Part shown: positions 9,432 through 19,602 of the stretch, piece after piece
Layout: each line of letters starts with the position of its first letter
Position numbering within the stretch: the stretch's first letter is position 1
Source of the DNA: a virus
IMG/VR virus record: IMGVR_UViG_3300029554_000001
Length of the DNA stretch: 64,000 bases
Direction: 5' to 3' (one strand)
The notes under the pieces: model-generated
Databases searched by the model: none
What the model saw: the letters and a program-made list of their open reading frames with translations, nothing else
What the model was told of the DNA's origin: nothing
Program-made: the position numbers and the translations under genes

Positions 9432-9460
9432 ATAAGCACTTCCTTTCTTTTTTAATTAAT

Positions 9461-10021
9461 TTAACTCAAAAGCTTAAGAGTTCCTGTTTTACCACAGCCA
9501 CCACATCTCCAAACAGAAGGGTTAGACCTGATACCTTGAACTGTGTTACAATTACGCTGATAAGTTTTCACCACCTTTTTACAACAATCACAGTAAATTT
9601 TGTAATTGCTGTTATATTCAAGTCGCTGTTTAAGATACATATTATAGTTTTCATCAAAACTACATCTCTGAATATGTGTACCATAAACAGCATTGTATTT
9701 GGTAATGGCTTTATACCAACCGCCTGAATGTTCATGGTTTAGCCCATTGTTAACGCAATGAGCGACTTCATGAATCATAGTTCCTTGTACGTTCTTATCA
9801 TCTCCAATCTCAAAATATCTCTTGTTGAAATTCAAAACGAAATAGCGTTTACCATCAATCGAACGTTTAGGGCAGCACTGACCTAACCGATTCTTAGCTC
9901 TTGTATTCCATTCTACGACGATTTTTGTTTCAGATAATTCTGTGAATCCAAGCTTAATCAGATTTATTCTTGCCAGTTCAACGTAATTTTTGACAGCTTC
10001 AATGTTGGTATACTTAGACAT
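9461..10021 (-). CDS. SprT-like zinc metalloprotease with C-terminal zinc ribbon
   Basis: HExxH motif in TMIHEVAHCV; C-terminal CDCC...CGGCG cysteine pairs; ATG 10021 follows AAAGGA. Confidence 0.6.
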   Translation of the reverse strand: MSKYTNIEAVKNYVELARINLIKLGFTELSETKIVVEWNTRAKNRLGQCCPKRSIDGKRYFVLNFNKRYFEIGDDKNVQGTMIHEVAHCVNNGLNHEHSGGWYKAITKYNAVYGTHIQRCSFDENYNMYLKQRLEYNSNYKIYCDCCKKVVKTYQRNCNTVQGIRSNPSVWRCGGCGKTGTLKLLS

Positions 10022-10057
10022 AATTCTTAAATCCTTTCTTTTCGACAAATATTATTG

Positions 10058-10246
10058 TTAGTGTTCCAAAGTTTCTTGGTCTTTGATGTCCTGCATGGTA
10101 GTTTCGACTGTATTACCACATTCCCAAGGATAGAGAAGTTGACCACACACAGGACAAATGTAGTCAAATTCATCATCAAAGGTGAGATTCACCTCAATTC
10201 CACAATCGGGGCAACACTTACCAGTGCCATTAATAATTCGTAACAT
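10058..10246 (-). CDS. small zinc-ribbon protein
   Basis: ORF track; CPDCG...CPVCG; GGAGG SD. Confidence 0.65.
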   Translation of the reverse strand: MLRIINGTGKCCPDCGIEVNLTFDDEFDYICPVCGQLLYPWECGNTVETTMQDIKDQETLEH

Positions 10247-10265
10247 ATTGTTTACCTCCTTTCAA

Positions 10266-10982
10266 TTAATCCATGTGACCACAGTACCATCCAATGTCAG
10301 TGCAACCAACGATGGATAAATAATTCTTGATTTTATCAACCCACTGTTCCCAACTCCATTCACCTTGCTTATTAGAACGAGGAATCATCTTGTATTTCTG
10401 ACCTTCGTATTTGAAAATCATACCGTATCCAATTGCACAACATCCCTTATCCTCAGACATTTTGCAAAGGTCTTCCCAAATCTGAGCAATTGCTTTAATA
10501 GCAGGGATTTTATTGTCATCATAATCTTCAGGGGCGAAGAGAATAATGGGATAATTCTTATGCTCTTCAGTATCATCAGTTTCATAATCACTCCAAACAT
10601 TGCAAGGAGCGAAATAGAAAAACCAGCTTGTTGCACATTCAATATACATGCCATACTTAAGAGCAAATTCCTCAAGCCATTCAGGAGCACCTGAATACAT
10701 ATAATCACACAAAGTTCCCTCAGAAGAGAAACTGATGATATTGGTAGAAGGAGCATACTCGCAATACTTAGTAGGATGAACACCTTCAACATCATCAATC
10801 CAAGTATTCAGGGGGACATATTTCTTTTCTTCCTTATCCCACAAATTACGAATATAACGAGTACGTTTGTTGTTGTAATAAATACAAACATCATCAACGC
10901 ATTCATGCTCGGCAAGTAATGCCTTAAATTCTTCAACGATGTTGGCAATATCGGACTTGCTGTAATCATACTTCTTAGACAT
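10266..10982 (-). CDS. hypothetical protein
   Basis: ORF track; AAAGGAA SD. Confidence 0.65.
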   Translation of the reverse strand: MSKKYDYSKSDIANIVEEFKALLAEHECVDDVCIYYNNKRTRYIRNLWDKEEKKYVPLNTWIDDVEGVHPTKYCEYAPSTNIISFSSEGTLCDYMYSGAPEWLEEFALKYGMYIECATSWFFYFAPCNVWSDYETDDTEEHKNYPIILFAPEDYDDNKIPAIKAIAQIWEDLCKMSEDKGCCAIGYGMIFKYEGQKYKMIPRSNKQGEWSWEQWVDKIKNYLSIVGCTDIGWYCGHMD

Positions 10983-11021
10983 AATCGTAATTCCTTTCTA
11001 AATAAAAAGTTTTAAAAGTTA

Positions 11022-11050
11022 TTGACAAGAATGAATTTGTATGTTACAAT
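11022..11050 (+). promoter_or_regulatory. consensus promoter TTGACA-17-TACAAT pointing against the leftward block (cassette A)
   Basis: TTGACA 11022-11027, TGT-TACAAT 11045-11050; followed by hairpin 11052-11093; the transcript would be antisense to mini-ORF A. Confidence 0.55.
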
Positions 11051-11111
11051 ACACATAGAGTTAAGAGACCAGTAACCTCTTAACCCTATGTGTTATGTTT
11101 TAATTTAATGT

Positions 11112-11192
11112 TTAGACTTCCATGAAGCCAGTCAAGACAATCACAGAATAATAAACATTAAATCTGTAGTTTATCTGTTTGATTTTCTACAT
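11112..11192 (-). CDS. mini-ORF A, 26 aa if TAG is read: M-Q(TAG)-KIKQINYRFNVYYSVIVLTGFMEV
   Basis: GGAGA SD 8 nt upstream of ATG-TAG; stop TAA; 65% identical to mini-ORF B2; absent from the ORF track because of TAG at codon 2. Confidence 0.6.
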
Positions 11193-11268
11193 GGTCTTTC
11201 ATCTCCTTTCTTCCTTAAGACAAGGGTTTCATTTATATGAACAGCTTACGGGGCTGGAGTTTTAGACA

Positions 11269-11290
11269 GGAACAGGATTATTCCTGTTCC
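11269..11290. terminator. hairpin GGAACAGGA-tta-TTCCTGTTCC with the gene's stop codon in its loop; T-run on the + strand
   Basis: Overlaps the TAA of 11278..11742; followed on the + strand by TTTTCTTTTT, so it could end the rightward antisense RNA and/or the leftward gene. Confidence 0.5.
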
Positions 11291-11742
11291 TTTTCTTTTT
11301 CTTTGTAAGGCTTAAGGGGAATACGATTACGAGTAGAATATTCGCCAGTATCGTTGTCCATGAGGAATTCGTTTTCACATTCGTCACAGAAGAATTTGGT
11401 TTCAGTTTTAAAATCATCAACTCCTGTTACTCCCCAATTTCCACAATAAGGACAACGAGGTTCACGATACTGACCAAAGTGAATATCTTTCTGATACTCT
11501 TCAGACCGAGGTTCACTCCAAACCTTGACAGAGAAGGTATTGCCAGACTTGTCATCAGGGTCAATCTCTGCCATACAGATATCCTGTTCAACATCCTGAC
11601 CATCACGGACAAAGACGATGTTTACACCATGATATCCTTCCTCTTGCTCGCAATAAATTCTAAATTGACCATTAGGAGTATCAACGAAAGCATGAGTGAA
11701 GCCATTAATCGTGCTCAAACCAATCTTGTTGTACTGTTTCAT
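11278..11742 (-). CDS. hypothetical protein with C-terminal zinc ribbon
   Basis: ORF track frame; ATG 11742 follows GAAGGAG; CPYCG...CDEC. Confidence 0.65.
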   Translation of the reverse strand: MKQYNKIGLSTINGFTHAFVDTPNGQFRIYCEQEEGYHGVNIVFVRDGQDVEQDICMAEIDPDDKSGNTFSVKVWSEPRSEEYQKDIHFGQYREPRCPYCGNWGVTGVDDFKTETKFFCDECENEFLMDNDTGEYSTRNRIPLKPYKEKEKEQE

Positions 11743-11827
11743 AATATAAATCTCCTTCAATTAAAAATAATTTTTTAAAAAACTCTTGACAATATGAGCA
11801 AGTAAGATTGTAGACCTACCTACTTTT

Positions 11828-12376
11828 TTACCAGCCGTAAACATTGCAAACTTGTTTACCAATAGCTCGGGTATACTTGGTAATATCTTTGGGAGTTGCT
11901 TTACCATGATACAATTTCCAACAGAAATTATCAAGCTGGTCAGAAGAGATTTCAGGTTTCACTTCCCTATATAAAGTGTAGTTTGTTCCGTCATGATGAG
12001 TTTGCATAGAGCGAAGATTGTTGTGAGAATCAACCCACCACTTACCATACTCACTACCCATTTTGAAGTTAAGACAGGCTTTAATATTATGCTCATCGAG
12101 AAGAGTATATCCCATTCTACGCCCATTCCAAAGACCAACATCAGCAATCTCGATGATACGACCTTCTGTGGAAATATCGAGGTTACATATTTCATCCTTA
12201 AAGTACATATCATTAAGGTCTAACATCTCTTCATGGAACTTATATTCTTCCCACTCAGAGTAATCAACTCCACATTCATCAAGTCTTTCCTTGATGTCAT
12301 CAATCCAATCATCGAGGTTCAGGTCGTAGTTGCTCCAAACGATACGAGAATTGCTTTTATTATTCTTGGTAGCCAT
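11828..12376 (-). CDS. hypothetical protein
   Basis: ORF track frame; start moved to ATG 12376 (MATKNN), which follows AAAGGAA and clears the upstream stop at 12438. Confidence 0.6.
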   Translation of the reverse strand: MATKNNKSNSRIVWSNYDLNLDDWIDDIKERLDECGVDYSEWEEYKFHEEMLDLNDMYFKDEICNLDISTEGRIIEIADVGLWNGRRMGYTLLDEHNIKACLNFKMGSEYGKWWVDSHNNLRSMQTHHDGTNYTLYREVKPEISSDQLDNFCWKLYHGKATPKDITKYTRAIGKQVCNVYGW

Positions 12377-12437
12377 AATCATAATTCCTTTCTTTTTTAT
12401 CATAATTAGAATGTTTTGATATAGAAAAAGCTGGAGA

Positions 12438-12989
12438 TTATATCCCAGCAAATCCTTTATAAGTTTCAACAATCTTGTTTTTTTCTTCAATGATGTCCTT
12501 AGTTGCTTTTTTTATACTGTAAATAAGATTGTCTCTCAATGTAGGATAGATTTGATATTCATCCCATTTAGCAAGCCAACCATCTTTATCTTCAAGCAAA
12601 GGTTCGGGACAGCATTCAGGAGAAGCATTAAGTGCAATAGAGTCAGTATAACTACCACTTCTCCAAGTGATATAATAACAACCACCCTGTTTGCTAATTG
12701 CGACACTTTCATCATTACCATAATCTCTGTAATAATGAGCATAAAGATTTGTTCTTGAAAAAAGATTGGCTTCTTCAGCGATTTTTACCAAAGAGAGAAT
12801 CTGATTAACAACTACAGTCCACTTAGCTCTACCGATTGCTTCTGTACGAGGAATGTAATATTCCTTAGTATTTTCATGAACAGTCTTAGCATCCTGATAA
12901 CGCTGAAGAAGTTCCATCATTTCGGTATCTTCGGTTTCTTCGCAAGAAATGGTGACGGTCATGCCCTTGTAAGTATTAGTGTTAGTCAT
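12438..12989 (-). CDS. hypothetical protein, tandem paralogue of 13056..13631
   Basis: ORF track; shares MTNT.TY..MTVT..C.E.EDTEMMEL and KDGWL.KWD.Y.IY with its neighbour. Confidence 0.7.
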   Translation of the reverse strand: MTNTNTYKGMTVTISCEETEDTEMMELLQRYQDAKTVHENTKEYYIPRTEAIGRAKWTVVVNQILSLVKIAEEANLFSRTNLYAHYYRDYGNDESVAISKQGGCYYITWRSGSYTDSIALNASPECCPEPLLEDKDGWLAKWDEYQIYPTLRDNLIYSIKKATKDIIEEKNKIVETYKGFAGI

Positions 12990-13055
12990 AGTTATGTTTC
13001 CTTTCTTTTTAAGTTGAAGTGTGAATAGGTGCTTAGTATATAAGAAAACTGGGGA

Positions 13056-13631
13056 TTATTCCCCAGTAATCTCAGAATAATTTTCTTGGATGGAACGAAT
13101 TCTATCCTCGTCAACTTTAATTCTGCGCTCAATTTCTTTCATAAGAGCAGAACGGAAAAGATTATAAATGTTATAATCATCCCATTTAACGAGCCAACCA
13201 TCTTTGTCCTCACCCCATTCAGAAGAATAATACTCTTCATCAGGATTTAAGAAACAGGTACTTGCGATACCCCCGTTTATTGAGCACTTAAGGAAGTAGC
13301 CTTTGTCTTTACCAACGGAGCTATAAGAAAGCCACATGCGGCAACGTTCACCAGTATCGTCCCTACAAAAAGAAATTCTCAAGAAATTATCAATCGTACC
13401 CCTCATATTGAAACTTGTAGCTGTCTCACACAACCCGAGAAGCTGATTGCAAATTTCAGTCCATTTAGCAGAACCAATAGCTTTAATACGAGGAAGGTAA
13501 AATTCCTCAGTGCGCGAGAGTGTAGCCTTAGTGTCATTCATCTTTTTAATGAGTTCCATCATTTCGGTGTCTTCATTCTCCTTGCAAGTAACAGTAACGG
13601 TCATGTTCTCATAAGTCTTAGTGTTAGTCAT
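13056..13631 (-). CDS. hypothetical protein, tandem paralogue of 12438..12989
   Basis: ORF track; see the paralogue. Confidence 0.7.
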   Translation of the reverse strand: MTNTKTYENMTVTVTCKENEDTEMMELIKKMNDTKATLSRTEEFYLPRIKAIGSAKWTEICNQLLGLCETATSFNMRGTIDNFLRISFCRDDTGERCRMWLSYSSVGKDKGYFLKCSINGGIASTCFLNPDEEYYSSEWGEDKDGWLVKWDDYNIYNLFRSALMKEIERRIKVDEDRIRSIQENYSEITGE

Positions 13632-13704
13632 AATACAACCCTTTCTCCCCGTATAGCCGTTAGGTCAGCTTAAATATTAGTTGCTTGTTGTTGCTTAAGG
13701 TTAA

Positions 13705-15321
13705 TTAGTCACGAGGAGTAACACGAACTTTGAGCTTGTTTTTCTTGGCATACTCACAAATAGCTTTGTACTCGTCCTCAGTGATACTACGGTTGGAAGC
13801 TCCTCTTGCCTGAACAATAGCTTCGTTTTCAATTTCAATAGTAACAAGAGACTTGTCAGTATCTTTAGTCTTACGAAGTAAAACAATCAGACAATTTCTC
13901 TTGATTATTCTGCTCAGGTAACTATACACACAATGATTCAACTCAGAACCTTCGCGTTTAACATCATCTGCATTCTTAGGACGAACAATACTGTATGTCT
14001 TATCCTCTGTAACAAAAGGCTTGAAATCTTTATAAGCCTTTTCAAACATCTCAGCCTGTTCCTCGGTAAGCTTGATTTCATAGTTGCGAGAAGTGATATC
14101 ATGAGTCTGCTTAAGGTAAGAGCTGTAAAGAGTAGGCTTGATATCCATGGAAACGCACATATCAAGATAATCACGAAGTTCGCCCATAAACGAGTTTAAA
14201 CTCTTAAAACCTTGGTTGACAGCCTCTTCACAAACATAATCCATAAACTTACCAAAAGTATAGAACTGATAGAATTTGGAATTTCTATAAGAAGTATAAT
14301 TCCTAAGATAAGCAGATAGAGTGCTAGTGAAAACATTTCCACCATACCCACCAATCTGGACATGGTTGAATTGAAATTCTTCGTCCCAATACTTAGCTTT
14401 TTCAATGATATCAAACCATTCCTGATTCGTGTAATGGCAGAAATCCTCTAAAGTTTGTCCACCGTTGTAACCATAATACTGAGTATCCTCGTCTTTCTTA
14501 AAAGCGGAACCAACAATAGACTGCAAATTCATCCAATCATCAAGAATGTTTCTGTCATTGGCTTCTTTATACTCTGCCTTGGTAAGATGAACAAGTTTGT
14601 AAACAGGTTCAGCAGTTTCAATCTTAAGACTAAGAAGAGCGTTTTGAATAGATTTGGGAGCAGTACGGAAGATGATTTCAGCAGATTTATTTCTACTTAA
14701 TGCGAATCTCAATTCTCTGAAAGTATAGTTAACGCCAATATTTTCAACGGGAATATCCCAAACTTGAGAGATAAAAGAAACTGCACTGTCACCCATTCCA
14801 GCTTCATAAACAGGAGCATTACCATCACTAACAGGTTTTGCATTAGGTTCAAGAATAGGAATTAACTGTTCACCATCCATGATAAAGTTGCAAGAGGAAT
14901 TGTTGGTGGCAATTCTATATCTGTAATGACGAGATACAATAGCACCAAGAGGGAAGCAATAGCCAACATTGACCCAGAAATCACCGCCTTTCAAATTAAT
15001 TTCTTTAATGATAAAAGTGTCGGGTAAAAGACAGTCACGATTGACAGGAGCACCAGTGAATAAATCAAAATACCACTGAAAATCAGAACGGTTCGAACTG
15101 TAATGAACAATGACTTTCTTTCCAAGAGGAGTAAAATCACTATTATAGCGATTGTTCTGAACCTTGGTCATTTCAACTCTTGCTTCTTCAAGCTCATCAG
15201 AGAGCTTTTTAATACGAGCGTTAATTTCTTTCTCTTTGGCAGAGATTTCATAGTTGTTGAAAAAGCTCTCATAATCATGAATGGAGGACTTGTAGAAGTT
15301 AGCAATAGCAGTGTTAGACAT
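13705..15321 (-). CDS. PcfJ-like domain protein
   Basis: C-terminal LNHCVYSYLSRIIKRNCLIVLLRK...VTIEIENEAIVQARGASN matches the PcfJ-type H-C-V..Y / TIE / Q.RG pattern; ATG 15321 follows AAAGGAAAA. Confidence 0.6.
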   Translation of the reverse strand: MSNTAIANFYKSSIHDYESFFNNYEISAKEKEINARIKKLSDELEEARVEMTKVQNNRYNSDFTPLGKKVIVHYSSNRSDFQWYFDLFTGAPVNRDCLLPDTFIIKEINLKGGDFWVNVGYCFPLGAIVSRHYRYRIATNNSSCNFIMDGEQLIPILEPNAKPVSDGNAPVYEAGMGDSAVSFISQVWDIPVENIGVNYTFRELRFALSRNKSAEIIFRTAPKSIQNALLSLKIETAEPVYKLVHLTKAEYKEANDRNILDDWMNLQSIVGSAFKKDEDTQYYGYNGGQTLEDFCHYTNQEWFDIIEKAKYWDEEFQFNHVQIGGYGGNVFTSTLSAYLRNYTSYRNSKFYQFYTFGKFMDYVCEEAVNQGFKSLNSFMGELRDYLDMCVSMDIKPTLYSSYLKQTHDITSRNYEIKLTEEQAEMFEKAYKDFKPFVTEDKTYSIVRPKNADDVKREGSELNHCVYSYLSRIIKRNCLIVLLRKTKDTDKSLVTIEIENEAIVQARGASNRSITEDEYKAICEYAKKNKLKVRVTPRD

Positions 15322-15386
15322 AATCAATTTTCCTTTCTTAATTAGACAAAATGTTTGTAGTGACTATATATTAAAGGTAGGAGGGA

Positions 15387-16061
15387 TTAACCCTCCTTTA
15401 CCTTTTTACAGAAAGCTTTGTATTTCTGACTATTGAGGACCCCAAGAATCTTATCTTTAGCTTCGGGCTGACTCTTATAGTAGTCGGAGTTATAGCCAAA
15501 GTGTCTCTGATAAATCATATCAGGATTTTTCTCCAGTAATGCTTCAAGAGGACAATACAGGCTTACAGTAACTTTTTCGCCGTTGTACTTGTAAGGCATT
15601 TTGATATAGATATCACATGAACCATAGCCGCACGTAGGAACATAAGCACTGAATTCGTATTTCTTCAGATAAGGATAAGCCATGAAAATTGCCTCTCTGA
15701 AACTCTTAATAAGATGGGCATTTTGATATTCAAGAGGGACAACATACTGGTAAGCATCTTCGTAATGGTCTCTTTTCCAACCATTACGTTCTTCTGTGAA
15801 TCTAAAATTTCTCTTGATTTCAGGGAGACGTGTGTAATGGGTTTCATAGTAGCTAACATTATTCGAAGATATAGGGATATACTTAATACCACAGACATCT
15901 TTCATTTTGATTTTCTCAGTCACAAGCCAGAGAAGGACATGGGTAGGGAAGCACTTTTCCCACACATCCCATTCTTGGATGAATTTCTTAGCTCTTTCGT
16001 ATCCAACAAATTCATCATTGCGATAAGTACCCTGATATTCAGCATAAATAGCCATAGTCAT
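15387..16061 (-). CDS. hypothetical protein
   Basis: ORF track; AAAGGAA SD. Confidence 0.65.
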   Translation of the reverse strand: MTMAIYAEYQGTYRNDEFVGYERAKKFIQEWDVWEKCFPTHVLLWLVTEKIKMKDVCGIKYIPISSNNVSYYETHYTRLPEIKRNFRFTEERNGWKRDHYEDAYQYVVPLEYQNAHLIKSFREAIFMAYPYLKKYEFSAYVPTCGYGSCDIYIKMPYKYNGEKVTVSLYCPLEALLEKNPDMIYQRHFGYNSDYYKSQPEAKDKILGVLNSQKYKAFCKKVKEG

Positions 16062-16131
16062 AATTCCTTTCTTTTCAATAGATGTGTTGTTGTTTATGTT
16101 TGTTATTTATATTTGAGTTTTGTTCTCTTTT

Positions 16132-16335
16132 TTAATAAGTGGGATTAGCTTTAGAAAGTTCCCAAGATTCTTTTTTCAGCAATGCATGAGCTTCTTCATA
16201 AGCAGTAAAAAATTCTTGGTCAGTTTTGTAATCACCCATGCTATGAACCATTTCTCTGATATAGTCATCCATGAAGGGAATAGATGCTTCAAAATCGACC
16301 AAAGCGCCACTGAGATTTTCTACTAAAGTAATCAT
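16132..16335 (-). CDS. hypothetical protein
   Basis: ORF track frame; ATG 16335 follows AAAGGAG. Confidence 0.6.
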   Translation of the reverse strand: MITLVENLSGALVDFEASIPFMDDYIREMVHSMGDYKTDQEFFTAYEEAHALLKKESWELSKANPTY

Positions 16336-16354
16336 TGTTATATCTCCTTTCTTT

Positions 16355-16555
16355 TTAAGTGTCAATAGCCAAATTCTTTACACAATATCCATACTTTTCT
16401 TCAAGGTTTTCACAAATAGAGTCTTCTATATCTCTTAAAAAACTGGTACAAAGGTCATCGTACTCAAGGTCAACTTCAGATGGAAGGCTTTCACTGGGGA
16501 TATCGTTTTCATCAGTGTCCCATTCAATATTGGTAACGTGAATAATCATATTCAA
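16355..16555 (-). CDS. hypothetical acidic protein
   Basis: ORF track; AAAGGAG SD. Confidence 0.65.
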   Translation of the reverse strand: MNMIIHVTNIEWDTDENDIPSESLPSEVDLEYDDLCTSFLRDIEDSICENLEEKYGYCVKNLAIDT

Positions 16556-16623
16556 TCTCCTTTCTTAAATGAGAGGGAGAGATATTTCGCTCTCCCTCAT
16601 GTTGATTGTTTGAACAGTTGAAA

Positions 16624-17115
16624 TTAAACAGAGGGTCTACCAAGCCATTCAATGTTGTCTGCCTTGATAGTCATACAACCAGTCTCATTGGAAGACGTGA
16701 AATAACTATCAGGAACAAAACCAGTCTTACGAAGGTCTTCCTTAGAAATAGGCTTCCCATTGAGATAGTGCTGGACCTTGGGCTTATTGGGCGTATCGTA
16801 CACACGGAGATACTCATTATACTCACCCTTCTTATTGGTGTGGCAGATGATACGATTGCTGTTATCCTTCCACTGACCCCAAGGAAGCTTAGAAGCAGTA
16901 TCAATAGGGATATTCTTCTCAGCAGCCTTTGCGATTGCCTTCTTGGTATGCTTGTAGTTGACACCGATACGGTAAGTACCGATAACACGCTTAAGAACAG
17001 AGACACCAGCTTTACGACCGAGAGCAGAGAGAGTCACATCGGAAACGTAAGCCATCTTGAAGAACTGACCAGCGGGGATAGAGTTGACCTTGAGGTTGAA
17101 ATAAGTGTTATTCAT
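16624..17115 (-). CDS. hypothetical protein
   Basis: ORF track; AAAGGAAA SD; higher GC and strong codon bias suggest high expression. Confidence 0.7.
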   Translation of the reverse strand: MNNTYFNLKVNSIPAGQFFKMAYVSDVTLSALGRKAGVSVLKRVIGTYRIGVNYKHTKKAIAKAAEKNIPIDTASKLPWGQWKDNSNRIICHTNKKGEYNEYLRVYDTPNKPKVQHYLNGKPISKEDLRKTGFVPDSYFTSSNETGCMTIKADNIEWLGRPSV

Positions 17116-17194
17116 GATATTTCCTTTCTGCCCGTAAACCCGATAGCACAGGATAATAAATTGGTTTATTGTGGATTGTTATGTGAGAAAACGA

Positions 17195-17497
17195 TTAGAT
17201 GTCAATTTCGATGATTTTACCATCCCAGTTATCGTGATTGTAAGTCTCAGCCCATGCAGATGTATCATTGAAGTTGTTTTCATCATCAAGAATATCATCA
17301 TCTACAAGAGACTCAATAGCTTCTTCCAGCTCGTCCATCGTAGAGATGTTGCAAAAGTTATAATTATCTACATCAATATGCCGACAAGCTTCGATAAACA
17401 GCTCAAATAAATGAATCTGAGCTTTCTCCATAGTGTCGAAGAACTCAGGTTCACCAATTTCACGCTCACAGCAATCAATAACCATAAACTTCTTCAT
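17195..17497 (-). CDS. hypothetical acidic protein, paralogue of 24918..25220
   Basis: ORF track; about 65% identity to 24918..25220 over the full 100 aa. Confidence 0.7.
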   Translation of the reverse strand: MKKFMVIDCCEREIGEPEFFDTMEKAQIHLFELFIEACRHIDVDNYNFCNISTMDELEEAIESLVDDDILDDENNFNDTSAWAETYNHDNWDGKIIEIDI

Positions 17498-17536
17498 AAT
17501 TTTTATTTCCTTTCTTCAATCAAATGTTGTTTGTTG

Positions 17537-17686
17537 TTACTCGCCTTTAATCACATTTACAAGCAGATGATAAATCATTTCATCCGCAGCTTCGGCATCC
17601 TGCATCATAACGGTTACTTCATCGAAAGCAACATCGTTAATCACTCTGAATGTAGCTCTATCCTTATTCTGGATAATTGTAATCAT
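17537..17686 (-). CDS. hypothetical 49-aa protein (below the ORF-track cutoff)
   Basis: ATG overlaps the upstream TGA (ATGA); MITIIQNKDRATFRVINDVAFDEVTVMMQDAEAADEMIYHLLVNVIKGE; fills an otherwise empty gap. Confidence 0.5.
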   Translation of the reverse strand: MITIIQNKDRATFRVINDVAFDEVTVMMQDAEAADEMIYHLLVNVIKGE

Positions 17687-18024
17687 TTATTTGCGCCTCC
17701 TTCAAAATAATATTCAGAACAATGAAAAGCTTTTTCAAGCGCGTTCTTGATACTCATGAGCTTGTAGCCACATTTTCTTTGCTGTTCTGCCAGCCCTTCG
17801 TAATACATAGATTCTGCCTGTGTGTTAGAACCTAATGCCCAGATATGTTTATTACGAGCATCAGCAAAGTGCTCCCCAATTGCACCATCAAGCGCATGAT
17901 AGAGAGCTAGAACTTCATCAAGAGTATCAAACTCAAGGATAGCTTTCCAACTACCGGGACATGCTTTCTTAATCATGTGTTCGTCAATGATTTTGTTAGT
18001 GGGCTTGTAAGCGATAGTGTTCAT
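17683..18024 (-). CDS. hypothetical protein
   Basis: ORF track; AAAGGAA SD. Confidence 0.65.
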   Translation of the reverse strand: MNTIAYKPTNKIIDEHMIKKACPGSWKAILEFDTLDEVLALYHALDGAIGEHFADARNKHIWALGSNTQAESMYYEGLAEQQRKCGYKLMSIKNALEKAFHCSEYYFEGGANK

Positions 18025-18080
18025 AGTTAAATTCCTTTCTTAATTAAGTGTGTTGTTTGTAGGTATTATGTGAGTGTGGA

Positions 18081-18506
18081 TTACGGAGTCGCAATCCACA
18101 CAACAGCAATGTAGTCATCAGATGTTTCTTTAGTCCCATTATTATCCATGGTGAGAATATAAGGAGCATCTTCGTATACAGCCATATTAGTTTCAAGAGT
18201 ATAAATACCATCGAAACCTTCATCCTGAGTTACATTGAGAACTCTGAAACGATATTCTCCATGTTCTACATCAGAATCTACAAGTTCTGCATAAACAGGA
18301 TAAGTGTTTTCTTCAAACTTTGCTTCGGGAAGGTTGCTGGGAGGGATAGGAGCGTTAGTCTTAGCTAACTGTTCCTGTAATTCTTCCACTTGCGTAAGGT
18401 AATCCTTCACAGAATCACCCAAAGCTGCAACTCTTTCTCTGCTGTTGAGATACATAAAGGTCATGAGGATTGCGATGATGAGGACAAACAAATTAATCTT
18501 CTTCAT
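18081..18506 (-). CDS. secreted or membrane-anchored protein
   Basis: ATG 18506 follows AAAGGAG; N-terminus MKKINLFVLIIAILMTFMYL. Confidence 0.65.
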   Translation of the reverse strand: MKKINLFVLIIAILMTFMYLNSRERVAALGDSVKDYLTQVEELQEQLAKTNAPIPPSNLPEAKFEENTYPVYAELVDSDVEHGEYRFRVLNVTQDEGFDGIYTLETNMAVYEDAPYILTMDNNGTKETSDDYIAVVWIATP

Positions 18507-18525
18507 TTTTTTATTCTCCTTTCGA

Positions 18526-19536
18526 TTAAGCGGCAATACGATTCCAAACAGAGTTCAGAATAGGCATGGTGTTAACTGCAACAGCCGTGAACGCTCCCGT
18601 AGTGGTAGACTTAGAAGATTTACGCATCTGAGTGGGATGACTCTCAAAGTCAGAAATTGCATTCAAAGCTTTCCAAGCTGTGTTATTGAAGTTCTGAAGG
18701 TCATCCTGATTGTAAGCTGTCATAAGCTTTTCAATCATAGCCAAATTACGAATCTGGATAATCTCAGAATCCTCAGTCTTAACAGGGAAGAGCTCACGAG
18801 CAAGAGCTTCGAATGCTTCCTTGGAATAAGGAGTGACCGCAAGCTTTTCAGCCTCAACCTTAAGACGCTCAAGATAGTTGGTATTCTGAAGCAGAATAGT
18901 TTTAGCCTGTTCCAACTTGGCCTGCATGGAATTGCTGTGACGAATACTTACACGGTTCTCTGCTCCCTTGGTTGCACGAGCGATACAGTTGGAACAGAAG
19001 ATACGGATGCTGATGAACATCGCCTGAATTGCCTTAGAACCATCATGGCTATTAAGGAACATCATGGTGGGCAAGAACTCATCATCCAGAATCTTCATGG
19101 GCTCGGTAGACATGGTGATGAAGCTCTTGGCTCCATTGGGCCCATAGCTACCAGCAGTTTCAAACTTAGCACCTCCCAAAGCAAGAGAGTCCAAGAAGTC
19201 AAAAGCCTCACGATTCTGAAGAATGTTGTAGTTCTTACCAACAATACCCAGAGGTGCATTGGTATCAGTACGAATGGTTGCAAACTGGTCAGGGATGATA
19301 AAAGGAGTATCAACCAGAATCTTCTGGTCATTCCATTCCTGTTCAACCTTGTTCACAAACTGGATAGGACGCTTTTCGACGGAGTAATCCAGACCACTGA
19401 GCTTGAGAGCAGACTCAAGAGAGGTTACGTTCTCAAGAGTGATACCCATATCTTCGTAGTACTTCTTACGAGGAGTGTTCTCAACGGCTTCCAGAACAGC
19501 ATTGACCTTTTTAGTGTCATAGTTAGCGATTCCCAT
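18526..19536 (-). CDS. DUF932-like (phage/plasmid-like protein family)
   Basis: LDYSVEKRP...ATIRTDTNAPLGIVGKNYNILQNREAFDFLDSL..GGAKFETAGSYG follows the DUF932/TIGR03299 pattern; ATG 19536 follows AAAGGAAA. Confidence 0.65.
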   Translation of the reverse strand: MGIANYDTKKVNAVLEAVENTPRKKYYEDMGITLENVTSLESALKLSGLDYSVEKRPIQFVNKVEQEWNDQKILVDTPFIIPDQFATIRTDTNAPLGIVGKNYNILQNREAFDFLDSLALGGAKFETAGSYGPNGAKSFITMSTEPMKILDDEFLPTMMFLNSHDGSKAIQAMFISIRIFCSNCIARATKGAENRVSIRHSNSMQAKLEQAKTILLQNTNYLERLKVEAEKLAVTPYSKEAFEALARELFPVKTEDSEIIQIRNLAMIEKLMTAYNQDDLQNFNNTAWKALNAISDFESHPTQMRKSSKSTTTGAFTAVAVNTMPILNSVWNRIAA

Positions 19537-19602
19537 AAAAATTTCCTTTCCGAGCATTAGCTCTAAACAAATGTATTGTGTTGTTTGATTTAAGATGAGA
19601 TT

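Noticed and set aside
11787-11815. A ninth rightward TTGACA box between 11742 and 11828
   Set aside because: No acceptable -10 hexamer follows at 16-18 bp (TGTAGA). There is no following cassette hairpin or mini-ORF.
18445-19560. 371-aa plus-strand ORF
   Set aside because: It is exactly antisense to the well-supported DUF932-like gene, has no SD and a low-complexity Leu/Ser/Arg composition. It is a frame shadow. The same reasoning applies to 25692..26594(+), 16606..17214(+), 30731..31351(+), 52399..53406(-), 264..656(-) and most short overlapping ORFs in the track.
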